Shown here: piece by piece, positions 1 to 8,778 of the stretch
Layout: every line of letters starts with the position of its first letter
How positions within the stretch are numbered: the first letter of the stretch is position 1
Source: a virus
Taxonomy: Duplodnaviria > Heunggongvirae > Uroviricota > Caudoviricetes
IMG/VR virus record: IMGVR_UViG_2534681675_000028
Strand: one strand, 5' to 3'
Length of the DNA: 34,318 nucleotides
Made by a program: the position numbers and the translations under genes
The notes under the pieces: model-generated
The model's input: the letters and a program-made list of their open reading frames with translations, nothing else
Databases searched by the model: none
Told to the model about the DNA's origin: nothing

Positions 1-906
1 CTATATTTCCAGACATCTGTTATCACTTAACCCATTACAAGCCCGCTGCCGCAGATATTCCCGTGGCGAGCGATAACCCAGCGCACTATGCGGATGCCAT
101 TCGTTATAATGCTCGAACGCCTCTGCAAGGTTCTTTGCTGCCGTTAACCCGTCTGGTTTGGGCATGTTACTGATGTAGTCACGCTTTATCGTTTTCACGA
201 AGCTCTCTGCTATTCCGTTACTCTCCGGACTCCGCACCGCCGTGTTCTTCGGTTCAAGTCCCAACATCCGGGCGAACTGGCGTGTTTCATTAGCCCGGTA
301 GCATGAACCATTATCCGTCAGCCACTCCACTGGAGACGACGGAAGATCGTTGCCGAAGCGGCGTTCCACCGCTCCCAGCATGACGTCCTGTACTGTTTCA
401 CTGTTGAAGCCGCCGGTAGTGACCGCCCAGTGCAGTGCCTCACGATCACAGCAGTCCAGCGCGAACGTGACACGCAGTCTCTCTCCGTTATCACAGCAGA
501 ACTCGAACCCGTCAGAGCACCATCGCTGATTGCTTTCTTTCACGGCCACTCTGCCTGTATGTGCCCGTTTCGATGGCGGTACAGCAGGTTTTCGCTCAAG
601 CAACAGCGCATTCTGGCGCATGATCCGGTAAACACGTTTGGCATTGATCGCAGGCATACCATCAAGTTCTGCCTGTCTGCGAAGCAGCGCCCATACCCGA
701 CGATAACCATACGTGGGCAGCTCTCCGATAACATGGTGTATACGGAGAAGCACATCCGTATCATCAGTGTGACGACTGCGGCGGCCATCCATCCAGTCAT
801 CGGTTCGTCTGAGAATGACGTGCAACTGCGCACGCGACACCCGGAGACAACGGCTGACTAAGCTTACTCCCCATCCCCGGGCAATAAGGGCGCGTGCGCT
901 ATCCAC
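1..906 (-). CDS. insD: IS2 transposase OrfB (InsD), DDE integrase-like
   Basis: 301-aa ORF whose sequence I recognise as IS2 InsD; stop codon at window positions 1-3. Confidence 0.9.
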
Positions 907-1229
907 TTTTTTGCCCGTCCATATTCAACGGCTTCTTTGAGGAGTTCATTTTCCATCGTTTTCTTGCCGAGCAGGCGCTGGAGTTCTTTAATCTGCTTCA
1001 TGGCGGCAGCAAGTTCAGAGGCAGGAACAACCTGTTCTCCGGCGGCGACAGCAGTAAGACTTCCTTCCTGGTATTGCTTACGCCAGAGAAATAACTGGCT
1101 GGCTGCTACACCATGTTGCCGGGCAACGAGGGAGACCGTCATCCCCGGTTCAAAGCTCTGCTGAACAATTGCGATCTTTTCCTGTGTGGTACGCCGTCTG
1201 CGTTTCTCCGGCCCTAAGACATCAATCAT
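864..1229 (-). CDS. insC: IS2 OrfA (InsC), HTH transposase subunit
   Basis: ORF 864-1274 trimmed to the internal Met ([13 protein letters not shown]...), giving about 121 aa; overlaps insD as expected for IS3-family frameshifting. Confidence 0.85.
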
Positions 1230-1320
1230 CTGTTCTCCAATGACTAGTCTAAAAACTAGTATTAAGACTATCACTTATTTAAGTGATACTGGTTGTCTGG
1301 AGATTCAGGGGGCCAGTCTA

Positions 1321-1468
1321 CGGCAGAAATCCGGGGTATGGTGACGACAGTTACAGACCAGTCTGCATCGCAATCTGGATCAAAGTATTCAGGCTGAATG
1401 CGGGGACACCCGTGACGGTGTCGGTTTCAGGTAATGCAGTGACGGTTATCTGGATGTCGAAGGCGTAA
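1321..1468 (+). pseudogene. 3' remnant of a phage gene (possibly host-specificity/tail fibre J-like C-terminus) whose 5' part is cut off by IS2
   Basis: Reading frame is open from the IS2 boundary to a stop at 1466-1468 (…[21 protein letters not shown]); lies immediately upstream of a lom remnant as in lambda J-lom order. Confidence 0.3.
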
Positions 1469-1473
1469 ACACG

Positions 1474-1760
1474 ATGAAGATGCCACAACTACCGGCAAAA
1501 CTGAGTGCCGGGTATCTTCATGCCCGTTCTGATATGTCCGGCAGTGATGATTTAACCGGGTTCAATGTGAAATACCGCTATGAATTTACGGACACGCTGG
1601 GGCTGGTGACGTCATTCAGCTATGCAGGAGACAGGAATCGCCTGCTTACCCGTTACAGTTATACCCGCTGGCATGAAGACTCCGTGCGTAACTGCTAATT
1701 CAGCATGATGGCGGGTGTGGCTTACAGCCGTGTTTCCACCTTCTCCGGGGATTCGTAATT
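1474..1760 (+). pseudogene. lom: lom-like (Ail/Lom/PagC family) outer membrane protein remnant, lacking signal peptide and with internal deletion and premature stops
   Basis: Translation [44 protein letters not shown]…[10 protein letters not shown] then out-of-frame MAGVAYSRVSTFSGD matches my recollection of lambda Lom; no signal peptide, stop after RN. Confidence 0.6.
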
Positions 1761-1912
1761 AGCTTGCTAAGCATGCGATGTCAGGCTGATTAGTGAAGTG
1801 ATGTTGTTCGCATTTTGTCAGGGAGGGGGTATTGAGACTTTTTTGGAGAGTAGAGATCTGGTGTGGTTGTAAAAATTGTTGTTGGCATTGAGAGCTGAAA
1901 ATATACCAGGCT

Positions 1913-1948
1913 CTAAAAAACTAAGGGGTTACCATTTGGTAACCCCTT
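1913..1948 (-). terminator. Rho-independent terminator downstream of the tRNA-Ser 3' end
   Basis: Perfect 11-bp stem AAGGGGTTACC/GGTAACCCCTT with 4-nt loop; on the minus strand it is followed by a T6 run. Confidence 0.6.
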
Positions 1949-1956
1949 ATCTTATT

Positions 1957-2016
1957 TGGCGGAAGCGCAGAGATTCGAACTCTGGAACCCTTTCGGGTCG
2001 CCGGTTTTCAAGACCG
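1957..2016 (-). other. att core: 3'-terminal 60 nt of a tRNA-Ser (anticodon UGA, long variable arm, CCA end) without the 5' half
   Basis: Reverse complement reads CGGTCTTGAAAACCGGCGACCCGAAAGGGTTCCAGAGTTCGAATCTCTGCGCTTCCGCCA; sequence beyond 2016 does not continue the tRNA; directly adjacent to int. Confidence 0.7.
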
Positions 2017-2156
2017 AAGAAAAATAAAGAAAAATCAGTATAATACGCAAAATAGCCGAAAAGTTAATCAGACTTAACACCAAGAAAAATCAAGATGTTA
2101 GGGAGTTATTCAGAGTTAATATACCAGGTCTTTTGCCAGAAAATTTTCTGGATTGT

Positions 2157-3176
2157 CTACTTACTGACCACAAGCGGCAAATCCAGTGTTGGCGTGATTT
2201 TGGTTTTACGATCGTAAATCAACACCTGATTTTCTGTTTTGTGTCCACTGAAAATTTGTTTGTCGCGACTGCTGCCTTCGTAATCTGAAATTCCTTTGGC
2301 TTTTATGTCATGGAAGTTGCACCCAAACGGAACACCGGCTTTTTGCTCGGCTGCACGTTTAGCCTGATTCCACCAGTTGTTCAGCGTTTTAGCTATGACC
2401 TTCCCGCCTTTGGTTGTGTTGATCACATACTCGCATGTGCCGGAAGATACATTTCGGGCTAACTGGATCGCCGTACGTAATCGTGGAGACCATTCCTTGA
2501 TTTGTTTGGTGCCGGTCTTGTTTTGCTCAATGTAAATCCCTTTGTCCATAATATCCTGCCATTTCAGCTCGAGCACATCACCGAGCCTTGCCGCACAGAG
2601 ATAGGATATCTCCATTGCAATACGTAACTGTGGAATTGCTTCCGCATATATCGCAGCATACTGTTCATCGGTGATGTAAACAGTACGGGCTTTAAGCGTG
2701 AATTTTCTGACTCCTTTGCATGGATTATTTTTCACATACCCACGCTCATATCCCCATCCGTATACGCGACTCAGACTTGCCAGTTCATGGTTTGCCTGGG
2801 TCTTGCTCTCAAGCCCCCGCTTATCCATGAAAATTCTTACCTGCTCAATTTTTACATTATCAGCAAGCATTTTCCCGAATACCGCCAGTAATGCCCTTTG
2901 ATGTTGCCGATAATCTTTTTGGGTTCGGGGGGCCAGTTCTGTAAATGCAGGGGAGTCCATAAACATGTGCCATAATTTAGCTACGGTCATTATGTCGTGG
3001 AGTTTTGCCTTTTCCAGTTCATAATTTTGCCAGACTTTAGCCACGCTGGTTTCCCGCACTCTTCCTAGCTTTATCGTCCTTGTGCTTCCTTTGGGCTTCC
3101 ATACGTAACTGTAACCATTCGATCTAACGCGCGGTGGCAGTACATTATCTTTTTTGTCTTTTCTTGGTCTTCCCAT
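2157..3176 (-). CDS. int: Phage integrase, tyrosine recombinase (lambda Int family)
   Basis: 339-aa ORF; N-terminus MGRPRKDKKDNVLPP… and overall layout resemble lambda Int; adjacent to the tRNA-derived att core. Confidence 0.9.
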   Translation of the reverse strand: MGRPRKDKKDNVLPPRVRSNGYSYVWKPKGSTRTIKLGRVRETSVAKVWQNYELEKAKLHDIMTVAKLWHMFMDSPAFTELAPRTQKDYRQHQRALLAVFGKMLADNVKIEQVRIFMDKRGLESKTQANHELASLSRVYGWGYERGYVKNNPCKGVRKFTLKARTVYITDEQYAAIYAEAIPQLRIAMEISYLCAARLGDVLELKWQDIMDKGIYIEQNKTGTKQIKEWSPRLRTAIQLARNVSSGTCEYVINTTKGGKVIAKTLNNWWNQAKRAAEQKAGVPFGCNFHDIKAKGISDYEGSSRDKQIFSGHKTENQVLIYDRKTKITPTLDLPLVVSK

Positions 3177-3396
3177 TATTCAGTGCCTCAAAATCGGGTT
3201 CAGCAGAAACCAGTTCAGATACTTTTGACATTGCTGTTAGTCCACGTGGAATATCACAGCGTAGAACTATCGGCTCGTTTTTAGGCCCGATTAAAAATGG
3301 GATGCCGTGCAGTCTTAACTGGTGTTGCTGTCTTGTGTATCGCTTGTATTTCGTGATCTCTTGAATCTCTGCTGGCGATAGAGTTAATTCATACAT
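3145..3396 (-). CDS. Putative excisionase/small DNA-binding protein
   Basis: 83-aa ORF between int and the early-left operon, overlapping the int start as xis does in lambdoid phages; call is from position only. Confidence 0.35.
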   Translation of the reverse strand: MYELTLSPAEIQEITKYKRYTRQQHQLRLHGIPFLIGPKNEPIVLRCDIPRGLTAMSKVSELVSAEPDFEALNNGKTKKRQKR

Positions 3397-3462
3397 GTGG
3401 TCACATGCCTTACAGCATGACCGCCGCCAATATAATTCGGAGGCGGCGATCAGGGTTGAACA

Positions 3463-5946
3463 TTAAAAATCAGCCTGACTCGGGATCAGTTTTTGTATTG
3501 TAGCTGTAACGTATTTTGCCTGGTGACGGGCGTCATCCAGTGCATTGTGGTGCACGCCTTCGAATGGAATAACGGTTCTGGCATCAAAGTCGATTGTTTT
3601 TCCCAGCTCAACGATTGTGCGTACATCGCGATCGTTGTGGTAGCGCCACGGGCAGGGGATGTCCAGACGTTCGTATGAGGTGCGCAAAATTGCGTTATCG
3701 AAAGTTGCACCATTACCCCATACCTGAACGAATTTTTCATCTGAGTATTCGTTGATGAACTCCCGAAACCGCGAAAGGGCATCCTTCAGTTTTACCTGGT
3801 CTGTTAAAATGGCAGCTCTGGCTTCACTGGACTGCTTCAGCCACCATTCGATGGTTCCACCGTCAGGAACAGCCCCTGTATTCATTGCGTCAGTCAGACT
3901 GATAACGATATAAAATACTGGCCCGATTTCCCCTGTTTGTGGGTCGAAGAAAACCGCACCAATAACCACGATGGGCGCATTGGTGTTGGTTCCCATTGTT
4001 TCAAGGTCGATCATCAGGTGGTACCACACTCTGCTGGTGGATGTGATAACGTGATGACCGTTCACCGCAATTAAGGGATCTGCCGTCTCGCCAGTTTCAT
4101 TATCGCTGGCGTGGTCCTGAGCGCTGCCAGCATTCTCCTTGTGTGGATGTTCAGCGCCTTCCATTTCCTCCGGATCATTTTCCTGAACTTCAACCTGATT
4201 CTCTTCATCGAATGTTTCCTGGTATGTTGCGTCGCCCATCACCGCACCACAATCAGGGCAGTTGCCGCCGCCGGTCTGACCGCAGGCGGTGCAGACTTTT
4301 TCCGCTTCCTGTTGCGCTACTGGCTCAGGTTGTTTCGTTTCTGGCTCGTTTTGTAACGCATTTGGGCTGTTTTGTTCCGCGTTCTGGTCGTTCTGTTCCG
4401 TTTCTTGCTGGTTCTGATTCACAGAATCGCGGGTTTCAATCCCCTTCACCCATTTCGGATCATTCGGGTCGCTAATCCCTGCAACAAATTCACTACGTGA
4501 TACAGCAAGCAACTTATCGGCGTCAGGCTGGCTGATATTGGCTGCCTGCATAATTTTGTTTACTTCGTCAGCGGTAACTTTTACCGGCTCCGGTTGTGCG
4601 ATCGTGTCAGATGCACCAGTATTTTGTTGTGAACCTGAGTATGTACCGTTTTTGCGGGCAAAATATTCTTCTTTCGTGATTTCAGTAGCCCCTGCAGCCA
4701 GCGCCTTATTCAGACCAGAAAGTTTGTTTGCACGACCGTATTTTTCGCCATCCTTGTCGGTGAAGAGGAAGTAGAACGGCCCCTCACGCTCTACAGATGA
4801 TTCGACTTCCACTTTGCATTCGGTTTTTTCGTTGTCGTGAATTGCCGTTTCCACTGCGTCAGTTTCTGGTACTGGCGACGAGAGAGTATTAGCTGTGCCC
4901 TGATTTGTTCCTTCGTCATCTTCAAACACGCCCTTTGTAGTCAGGTATTCAGTGATGTATTTGTTCAGTGCCACGGGATCTTTGTGAATGTCGATCGGGC
5001 GTTCACGGACAAGGCCAAAAATAGTCTGGCGGCTGTAGCGAAGCGCATCAGGTTGTTTGCGCATTGATGCGGAGATGCGCTTCCAGTCTTCGCGATCTCT
5101 GGCGATAACTTCATTTTTAGCCCAGCGAAGGATGCTGCCGTCAATGTTTCCGGCATCCGCATCACCAGGCCAGAGATAGTAGGCCAGCTCCCTGTCCAGG
5201 GTTTTCCATGTCTGCTTGTATTCGCGATGAATGGCGGCAGTTACAGGAGGGATTTTTTCTGCTGGGTTTTCAGTGTGCTGTCGGTTGGCTTTGGCGCGGG
5301 CAAGATCAACAACAGACGTGTATTTTCCAGTCTCTTTGCGCTCTGCGTCCTGCCGTTTTTTCCAGTTACGTAATTCAACCTGAATTTCGGGCCATTTGGT
5401 ACCCGGCTTACATTTGTGTTTAACCCATCCGATAGCGAACAGTTTGCGTTCCGGATACATAGCGTTAATTTCAGGCGTTTTCATCAGTGCTTCAACGATA
5501 TGCCCGTCAAAGGTAGCCACGTCTTCTTGCAGTAATTCCTGCGCGTCAATCGCCATATCAACGGTGATGTTTTCACATGTACCGAACTTAACCAGGACCG
5601 CGTTCTGTACTTCAAGGGACAGCTTGTCAAAATTGACGTTAATAGGATCGGATTCTGGTTCGACCGGAATAAAGGAAGCGGATTCCTCATCCCAGTGGTT
5701 TTCCTGCATATATTCGGTATCCCAGGAGTCGATAGCAGGGCGGGGCATGCCGGGTTTATCTTCGCAGACAAGAAATTTATAAGCGCAGTCCTGAGCAGCA
5801 GGATATTGCTCCAGGAATTGCCAGGTAAATTTGGCACGGGCGCGGCGTTCATCACCGGCTTCAATGGCAGTGGCTACAGCAACTGCGCCCTCTTCTTTTA
5901 TTGCCTGTTCGTCCGGAATGGCGGCGCAAATAAAGACTTTACTCAT
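3463..5946 (-). CDS. Large prophage exonuclease: N-terminal region, acidic Q/E-rich linker with Cys4 zinc ribbon, C-terminal DnaQ-like DEDDh 3'-5' exonuclease domain
   Basis: 827-aa ORF; C-terminus has the Exo motifs MIDLETMG, WGNGATFDNAIL and HNALDDARHQAKY; CTACGQTGGGNCPDCG zinc ribbon. Confidence 0.7.
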   Translation of the reverse strand: MSKVFICAAIPDEQAIKEEGAVAVATAIEAGDERRARAKFTWQFLEQYPAAQDCAYKFLVCEDKPGMPRPAIDSWDTEYMQENHWDEESASFIPVEPESDPINVNFDKLSLEVQNAVLVKFGTCENITVDMAIDAQELLQEDVATFDGHIVEALMKTPEINAMYPERKLFAIGWVKHKCKPGTKWPEIQVELRNWKKRQDAERKETGKYTSVVDLARAKANRQHTENPAEKIPPVTAAIHREYKQTWKTLDRELAYYLWPGDADAGNIDGSILRWAKNEVIARDREDWKRISASMRKQPDALRYSRQTIFGLVRERPIDIHKDPVALNKYITEYLTTKGVFEDDEGTNQGTANTLSSPVPETDAVETAIHDNEKTECKVEVESSVEREGPFYFLFTDKDGEKYGRANKLSGLNKALAAGATEITKEEYFARKNGTYSGSQQNTGASDTIAQPEPVKVTADEVNKIMQAANISQPDADKLLAVSRSEFVAGISDPNDPKWVKGIETRDSVNQNQQETEQNDQNAEQNSPNALQNEPETKQPEPVAQQEAEKVCTACGQTGGGNCPDCGAVMGDATYQETFDEENQVEVQENDPEEMEGAEHPHKENAGSAQDHASDNETGETADPLIAVNGHHVITSTSRVWYHLMIDLETMGTNTNAPIVVIGAVFFDPQTGEIGPVFYIVISLTDAMNTGAVPDGGTIEWWLKQSSEARAAILTDQVKLKDALSRFREFINEYSDEKFVQVWGNGATFDNAILRTSYERLDIPCPWRYHNDRDVRTIVELGKTIDFDARTVIPFEGVHHNALDDARHQAKYVTATIQKLIPSQADF

Positions 5947-6039
5947 TTTGTTTTAACCTCATTACAGATTTAAGGGTGAACAAATCCCTGCCATTGCTGG
6001 CATATAAAAATGAAACCGGATATTAATTACGGTGCTGTT

Positions 6040-6231
6040 TTAAAGTCCTGCCGGTATTTCGTTATTATTAGTGTGAGTAGTTTTATCTACCGGATAACAG
6101 TTACCGGGAATTTTTTGTTCTGCTGCTGCAGCCATGCATTCTTTCATTGAACCGTATAAGCCAGTCACCAGCTCAAGAGATTCGCCGGAAACAAGATAAA
6201 CTGTCAGAACGAGTGCAAATGTTGTATTCAT
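6040..6231 (-). CDS. Hypothetical small protein with hydrophobic N-terminus (early-left operon)
   Basis: 63-aa ORF; start overlaps stop of the upstream gene (ATGA); AAAGGA Shine-Dalgarno 8 nt upstream. Confidence 0.4.
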   Translation of the reverse strand: MNTTFALVLTVYLVSGESLELVTGLYGSMKECMAAAAEQKIPGNCYPVDKTTHTNNNEIPAGL

Positions 6232-6416
6232 TGTTTATATCCTTTTTGCAGCAGGTCCAGACGAGCCAGCATTGAAGGAATGCATACTTCATTTAACAGG
6301 TCCTGCTCGAGTTTTCTCTGCTTAATGGCGTCTTCAATAAATGTTTTGTCTCCAGTGATAACGCCAATTTCGAAACGAAGTTCAGACGTGATGGCATTAC
6401 ATGATAACTTTTCCAT
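6228..6416 (-). CDS. Hypothetical small protein (early-left operon)
   Basis: ORF 6228-6521 trimmed to the internal Met (MEKLSCNAITSELRF…) that has a GAGG Shine-Dalgarno; the longer N-terminal extension has none. Confidence 0.4.
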   Translation of the reverse strand: MEKLSCNAITSELRFEIGVITGDKTFIEDAIKQRKLEQDLLNEVCIPSMLARLDLLQKGYKQ

Positions 6417-6993
6417 TATCGCGTCCTCAACAATGAATTTTGTGATGCGGTGCCTGGTGCCTCCAGGTGACGTTAACCAGTTAACAATTAACGCCGGATA
6501 CAGAGAATCCACCCATAACACTGTTTTTGGTTTTAACTGTTCCGCGTGCGCTGAGCCGCATTCACCGCATCACAAAATTCACTTTTAAAAAAGGGCGGCA
6601 GAGCAGTCACGGAGTAAAACTGATACCGCCAAATGTCACCAGAATATTGATAACAGAGGGCGTTGTAGCGGGGTTGTCACTTAAGCGTATGGTCAACCTG
6701 ACAACCCGGTGTCCTCAACGGGGAAAGGCGTCCCTCCCACCCCCGCCATACTTACCGCCGCGCCATTTCGCGGGTCGCCACAACCGGAAGCGCACGGTCG
6801 AATTAAATTTAACGACACCGTGCAGTGAGACGAACTTCGCCGTGCGCTTTCGTGTTGTGTGCCTGCTTTTAACCACGTCAGGCGAGGTGGTTTCCGTCAT
6901 TCCCCAACGACAGGAAATCTGTATAATCTGGGTATCCCCAACGATCCAAGGAAATCATATGACAGAGCAAAGAGCACAAGCAGGTGATGGTGT

Positions 6994-7200
6994 ATGGACC
7001 GGGATGATATTCTTGACAGAATTTTTTATGGCTATTTTCTTGAGCAACTGTTTTCTGTAGCGACTGGTCGTCTCGATAAACTTCTCTCAGTAGTGAGTAT
7101 TATCCTCGGTTCATCTGTCATTGGCGGATTCATTCCGGAAATTTCTGGCGTTTTTATTGTTGTGATCGCAACCGTCCAAACGATTTATGGATTCGGATAA
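6994..7200 (+). CDS. Small protein with C-terminal hydrophobic/transmembrane segment, opposite in orientation to the surrounding early-left genes
   Basis: 68-aa ORF with AGGTGA Shine-Dalgarno 6 nt upstream; AT-rich; C-terminal LLSVVSIILGSSVIGGFIPEISGVFIVVIATV. Confidence 0.35.
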   Translation: MDRDDILDRIFYGYFLEQLFSVATGRLDKLLSVVSIILGSSVIGGFIPEISGVFIVVIATVQTIYGFG

Positions 7201-7215
7201 AAGTCAGGTAATACC

Positions 7216-7440
7216 ATGAGAAAATCCGCAGAATATTTGCAGCTTTTTGATGATGCAGAAAAATATTCTGATTCGGAATTGAAAATTCAGTTAAAAACTC
7301 TGGAAAAAACAGATAATCATATTTGGTCATCACTTAAAGATATTGCGATCTTAAAAACACAGATCAAAATAGGCGTCTCCATCGAACAACAAGAGAAGTT
7401 GCCCACAAAATCCAAATTGATGCGATTTCTTTGTGGTTAG
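7216..7440 (+). CDS. Hypothetical 74-aa protein, second gene of the plus-strand pair
   Basis: ORF with AGGTAA Shine-Dalgarno 5 nt upstream, 15 bp after the previous gene; AT-rich. Confidence 0.35.
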   Translation: MRKSAEYLQLFDDAEKYSDSELKIQLKTLEKTDNHIWSSLKDIAILKTQIKIGVSIEQQEKLPTKSKLMRFLCG

Positions 7441-7529
7441 GAATATCCAGATTGTTAAAGAGCATGCCGGAGGTTTATCCGTGTCCGGCGCACGCACTTC
7501 ATCTGCGGAGAACTACTTGAGCTCATTGG

Positions 7530-7745
7530 TCAGTAGTTTTCAATCACTCGCGAAACGTTTAATGCCGCGCTTTTTGCCAGAGTGGTAATATCCTGCTCCG
7601 CTGACACCAGTTCTTTAGAGAGGCGCTCTTTGTAGTCAGCGGCCTGCTTCAGGTCATTAATGGCGCGTATCTTTCCGCACATCCATTCGTAAATTTCATC
7701 CTCGGTATAGTCTGGTGCGATGATGACGGGTTCTCGTTTCTGCAT
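7530..7745 (-). CDS. Hypothetical early-left protein
   Basis: 71-aa ORF with GAGG Shine-Dalgarno 7 nt upstream. Confidence 0.45.
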   Translation of the reverse strand: MQKREPVIIAPDYTEDEIYEWMCGKIRAINDLKQAADYKERLSKELVSAEQDITTLAKSAALNVSRVIENY

Positions 7746-7774
7746 ACTGATTCCTCGCGGTGCCGCTTCGCTTA

Positions 7775-7903
7775 TCAGTCGTTAGATTTTGCCGAACTGG
7801 AAAGCGCCTGTTTAAACTCACTGAAGCTGAGAGCTTCTTCGCCTTCGGCAAGGCCTTCGAAGTATTCTTCGTAAGCCTTTTCCATGATTGCGTCGAAATC
7901 CAT
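7775..7903 (-). CDS. Small acidic 42-aa protein (MDFDAIMEKAYEEYFEGLAEGEE…), not in the ORF track because it is under 60 aa
   Basis: Manual translation of the minus strand; AGGTGA Shine-Dalgarno; start overlaps upstream stop (TGAtATG), typical operon packing. Confidence 0.35.
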   Translation of the reverse strand: MDFDAIMEKAYEEYFEGLAEGEEALSFSEFKQALSSSAKSND

Positions 7904-7904
7904 A

Positions 7905-8060
7905 TCACTCACCTGAATTTCTTTCCAGCCAGCGACGCGCGCCAGCTTCGGTTTTAAACGTTTTGCTTCTGGTATACGTCATCGCGGTGAACGTGCCGTC
8001 CTGGTTGGGAAACACGCCGTACACCAGAGATTCGTTGTTGCCAAGATCGATAGTATCCAT
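7905..8060 (-). CDS. Small 51-aa early-left protein (MDTIDLGNNESLVYGVFPNQDGTFTAMTYT…), possibly Rac YdaF-like
   Basis: ORF 7905-8141 trimmed to the internal Met, which has a well-spaced GAGG Shine-Dalgarno; first gene downstream of the putative OL/pL region. Confidence 0.4.
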   Translation of the reverse strand: MDTIDLGNNESLVYGVFPNQDGTFTAMTYTRSKTFKTEAGARRWLERNSGE

Positions 8061-8242
8061 GCTGACCTCATTTCCCCTTAACGCCGGGGTAGCGGAACAA
8101 AAACCTGCTGCATAGTTATTAAAGTTGAACCCTGCCGTCATGTTCTTACGCCTCGGGCTGGCTACTTAACCCCTGACCACTGCCGGGTAACTCTAGGTAT
8201 TGCCCTGCGTTCTGTGGGGCGGGGTGGGTTGGCATGTATATA

Positions 8243-8283
8243 ATGTACTTTATGTTCAGTGTTGTAAAGTACTTTGAGTACAT
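8243..8283. promoter_or_regulatory. OL-like operator cluster (ATGTACT / AAAGTACTTT / GAGTACAT motifs) at the head of the early-left operon
   Basis: Repeated and palindromic GTAC-centred motifs; the same ATGTACTCAAA motif recurs, inverted, in the repressor/cro intergenic region. Confidence 0.4.
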
Positions 8284-8358
8284 TTTATGTGTAAAAAAAT
8301 GAGATGGGAAAAAGTGAAGCACAAACCCGGAGGGGGACGCTACCGGATTTATGCTGGT

Positions 8359-8778
8359 TTAAGAGGCTTTTTGTTTTTTCTTTCGTGCTAACTCTTCGTA
8401 AATTGCATTGTACTTTTGTTTTTTCTCCTCAAGAGTTTTTAAAAGTTCATCTGTCTCACTGTCAGGGAGCTCGTCCAGAAGATCAATGATGATTTTTTGT
8501 CTTGGATTTAACTCCTGATAGAAACGTACCTGTCCACTTTCTTCTGTATCCTCTCCCAAAAGATAGGTTGGTGTTGTTCCAATGAGTGTTGCTAATTCCC
8601 TTAATTTCTCTCGGCGAGGAATTGTTTCGCCATTAAACCATTTGCTAACCGCTTTTGGTGTTAATTTCATTCGACGGGCAATTTCTGCCTGCCTTCCATG
8701 TTGTTCATAACCAGCGTTTTCACAGGCTAGCGCAAGCCTACTGGCGAACTCTTTACGCGCTTTATCTTCATGAACCAT
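8359..8778 (-). CDS. Prophage repressor (CI-like function), XRE-family HTH, no S24 peptidase domain
   Basis: 139-aa ORF with HTH (QAEIARRMKLTPKAVSKWFNG); divergent from a cro-like gene; no Shine-Dalgarno upstream (possibly leaderless like lambda cI). Confidence 0.7.
   Translation of the reverse strand: MVHEDKARKEFASRLALACENAGYEQHGRQAEIARRMKLTPKAVSKWFNGETIPRREKLRELATLIGTTPTYLLGEDTEESGQVRFYQELNPRQKIIIDLLDELPDSETDELLKTLEEKKQKYNAIYEELARKKKQKAS

Larger units (their letters stand above)
1..1320 (-). mobile_element. IS2: IS2 insertion sequence (IS3 family), truncated by the window start; terminal inverted repeat ends at 1320
   Basis: Reverse complement of 1297-1320 reads TAGACTGGCCCCCTGAATCTCC, which I recognise as the IS2 terminus; contains InsC/InsD ORFs in the typical overlapping -1 arrangement. 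Confidence 0.9.

Noticed and set aside
430-1164. Plus-strand ORFs inside IS2 (430-861, 894-1094, 937-1164) and minus-strand ORF 540-833
   Set aside because: They lie antisense to or nested within the well-recognised IS2 insC/insD genes and are most likely chance ORFs
1957-2016. tRNA-Ser as a functional tRNA gene
   Set aside because: Only the 3' 60 nt are present; the 5' acceptor and D-arm sequence is replaced by unrelated DNA, so this is an att-site duplicate rather than a gene
3486-5864. Multiple ORFs of 60-130 aa on both strands inside the exonuclease gene
   Set aside because: They are nested within a long, well-supported ORF, lack ribosome-binding sites and have low-complexity translations
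6715-6900. Arginine/lysine-rich minus-strand ORF considered as a possible N-like antiterminator
   Set aside because: No ribosome-binding site, no recognisable arginine-rich motif resembling lambda N, and no adjacent boxA/boxB-like nut site that I could identify
6527-7060. 177-aa plus-strand ORF spanning the GC-rich intergenic stretch
   Set aside because: No Shine-Dalgarno, low-complexity proline/arginine-rich translation, and it overlaps the better-supported 6994-7200 ORF in another frame
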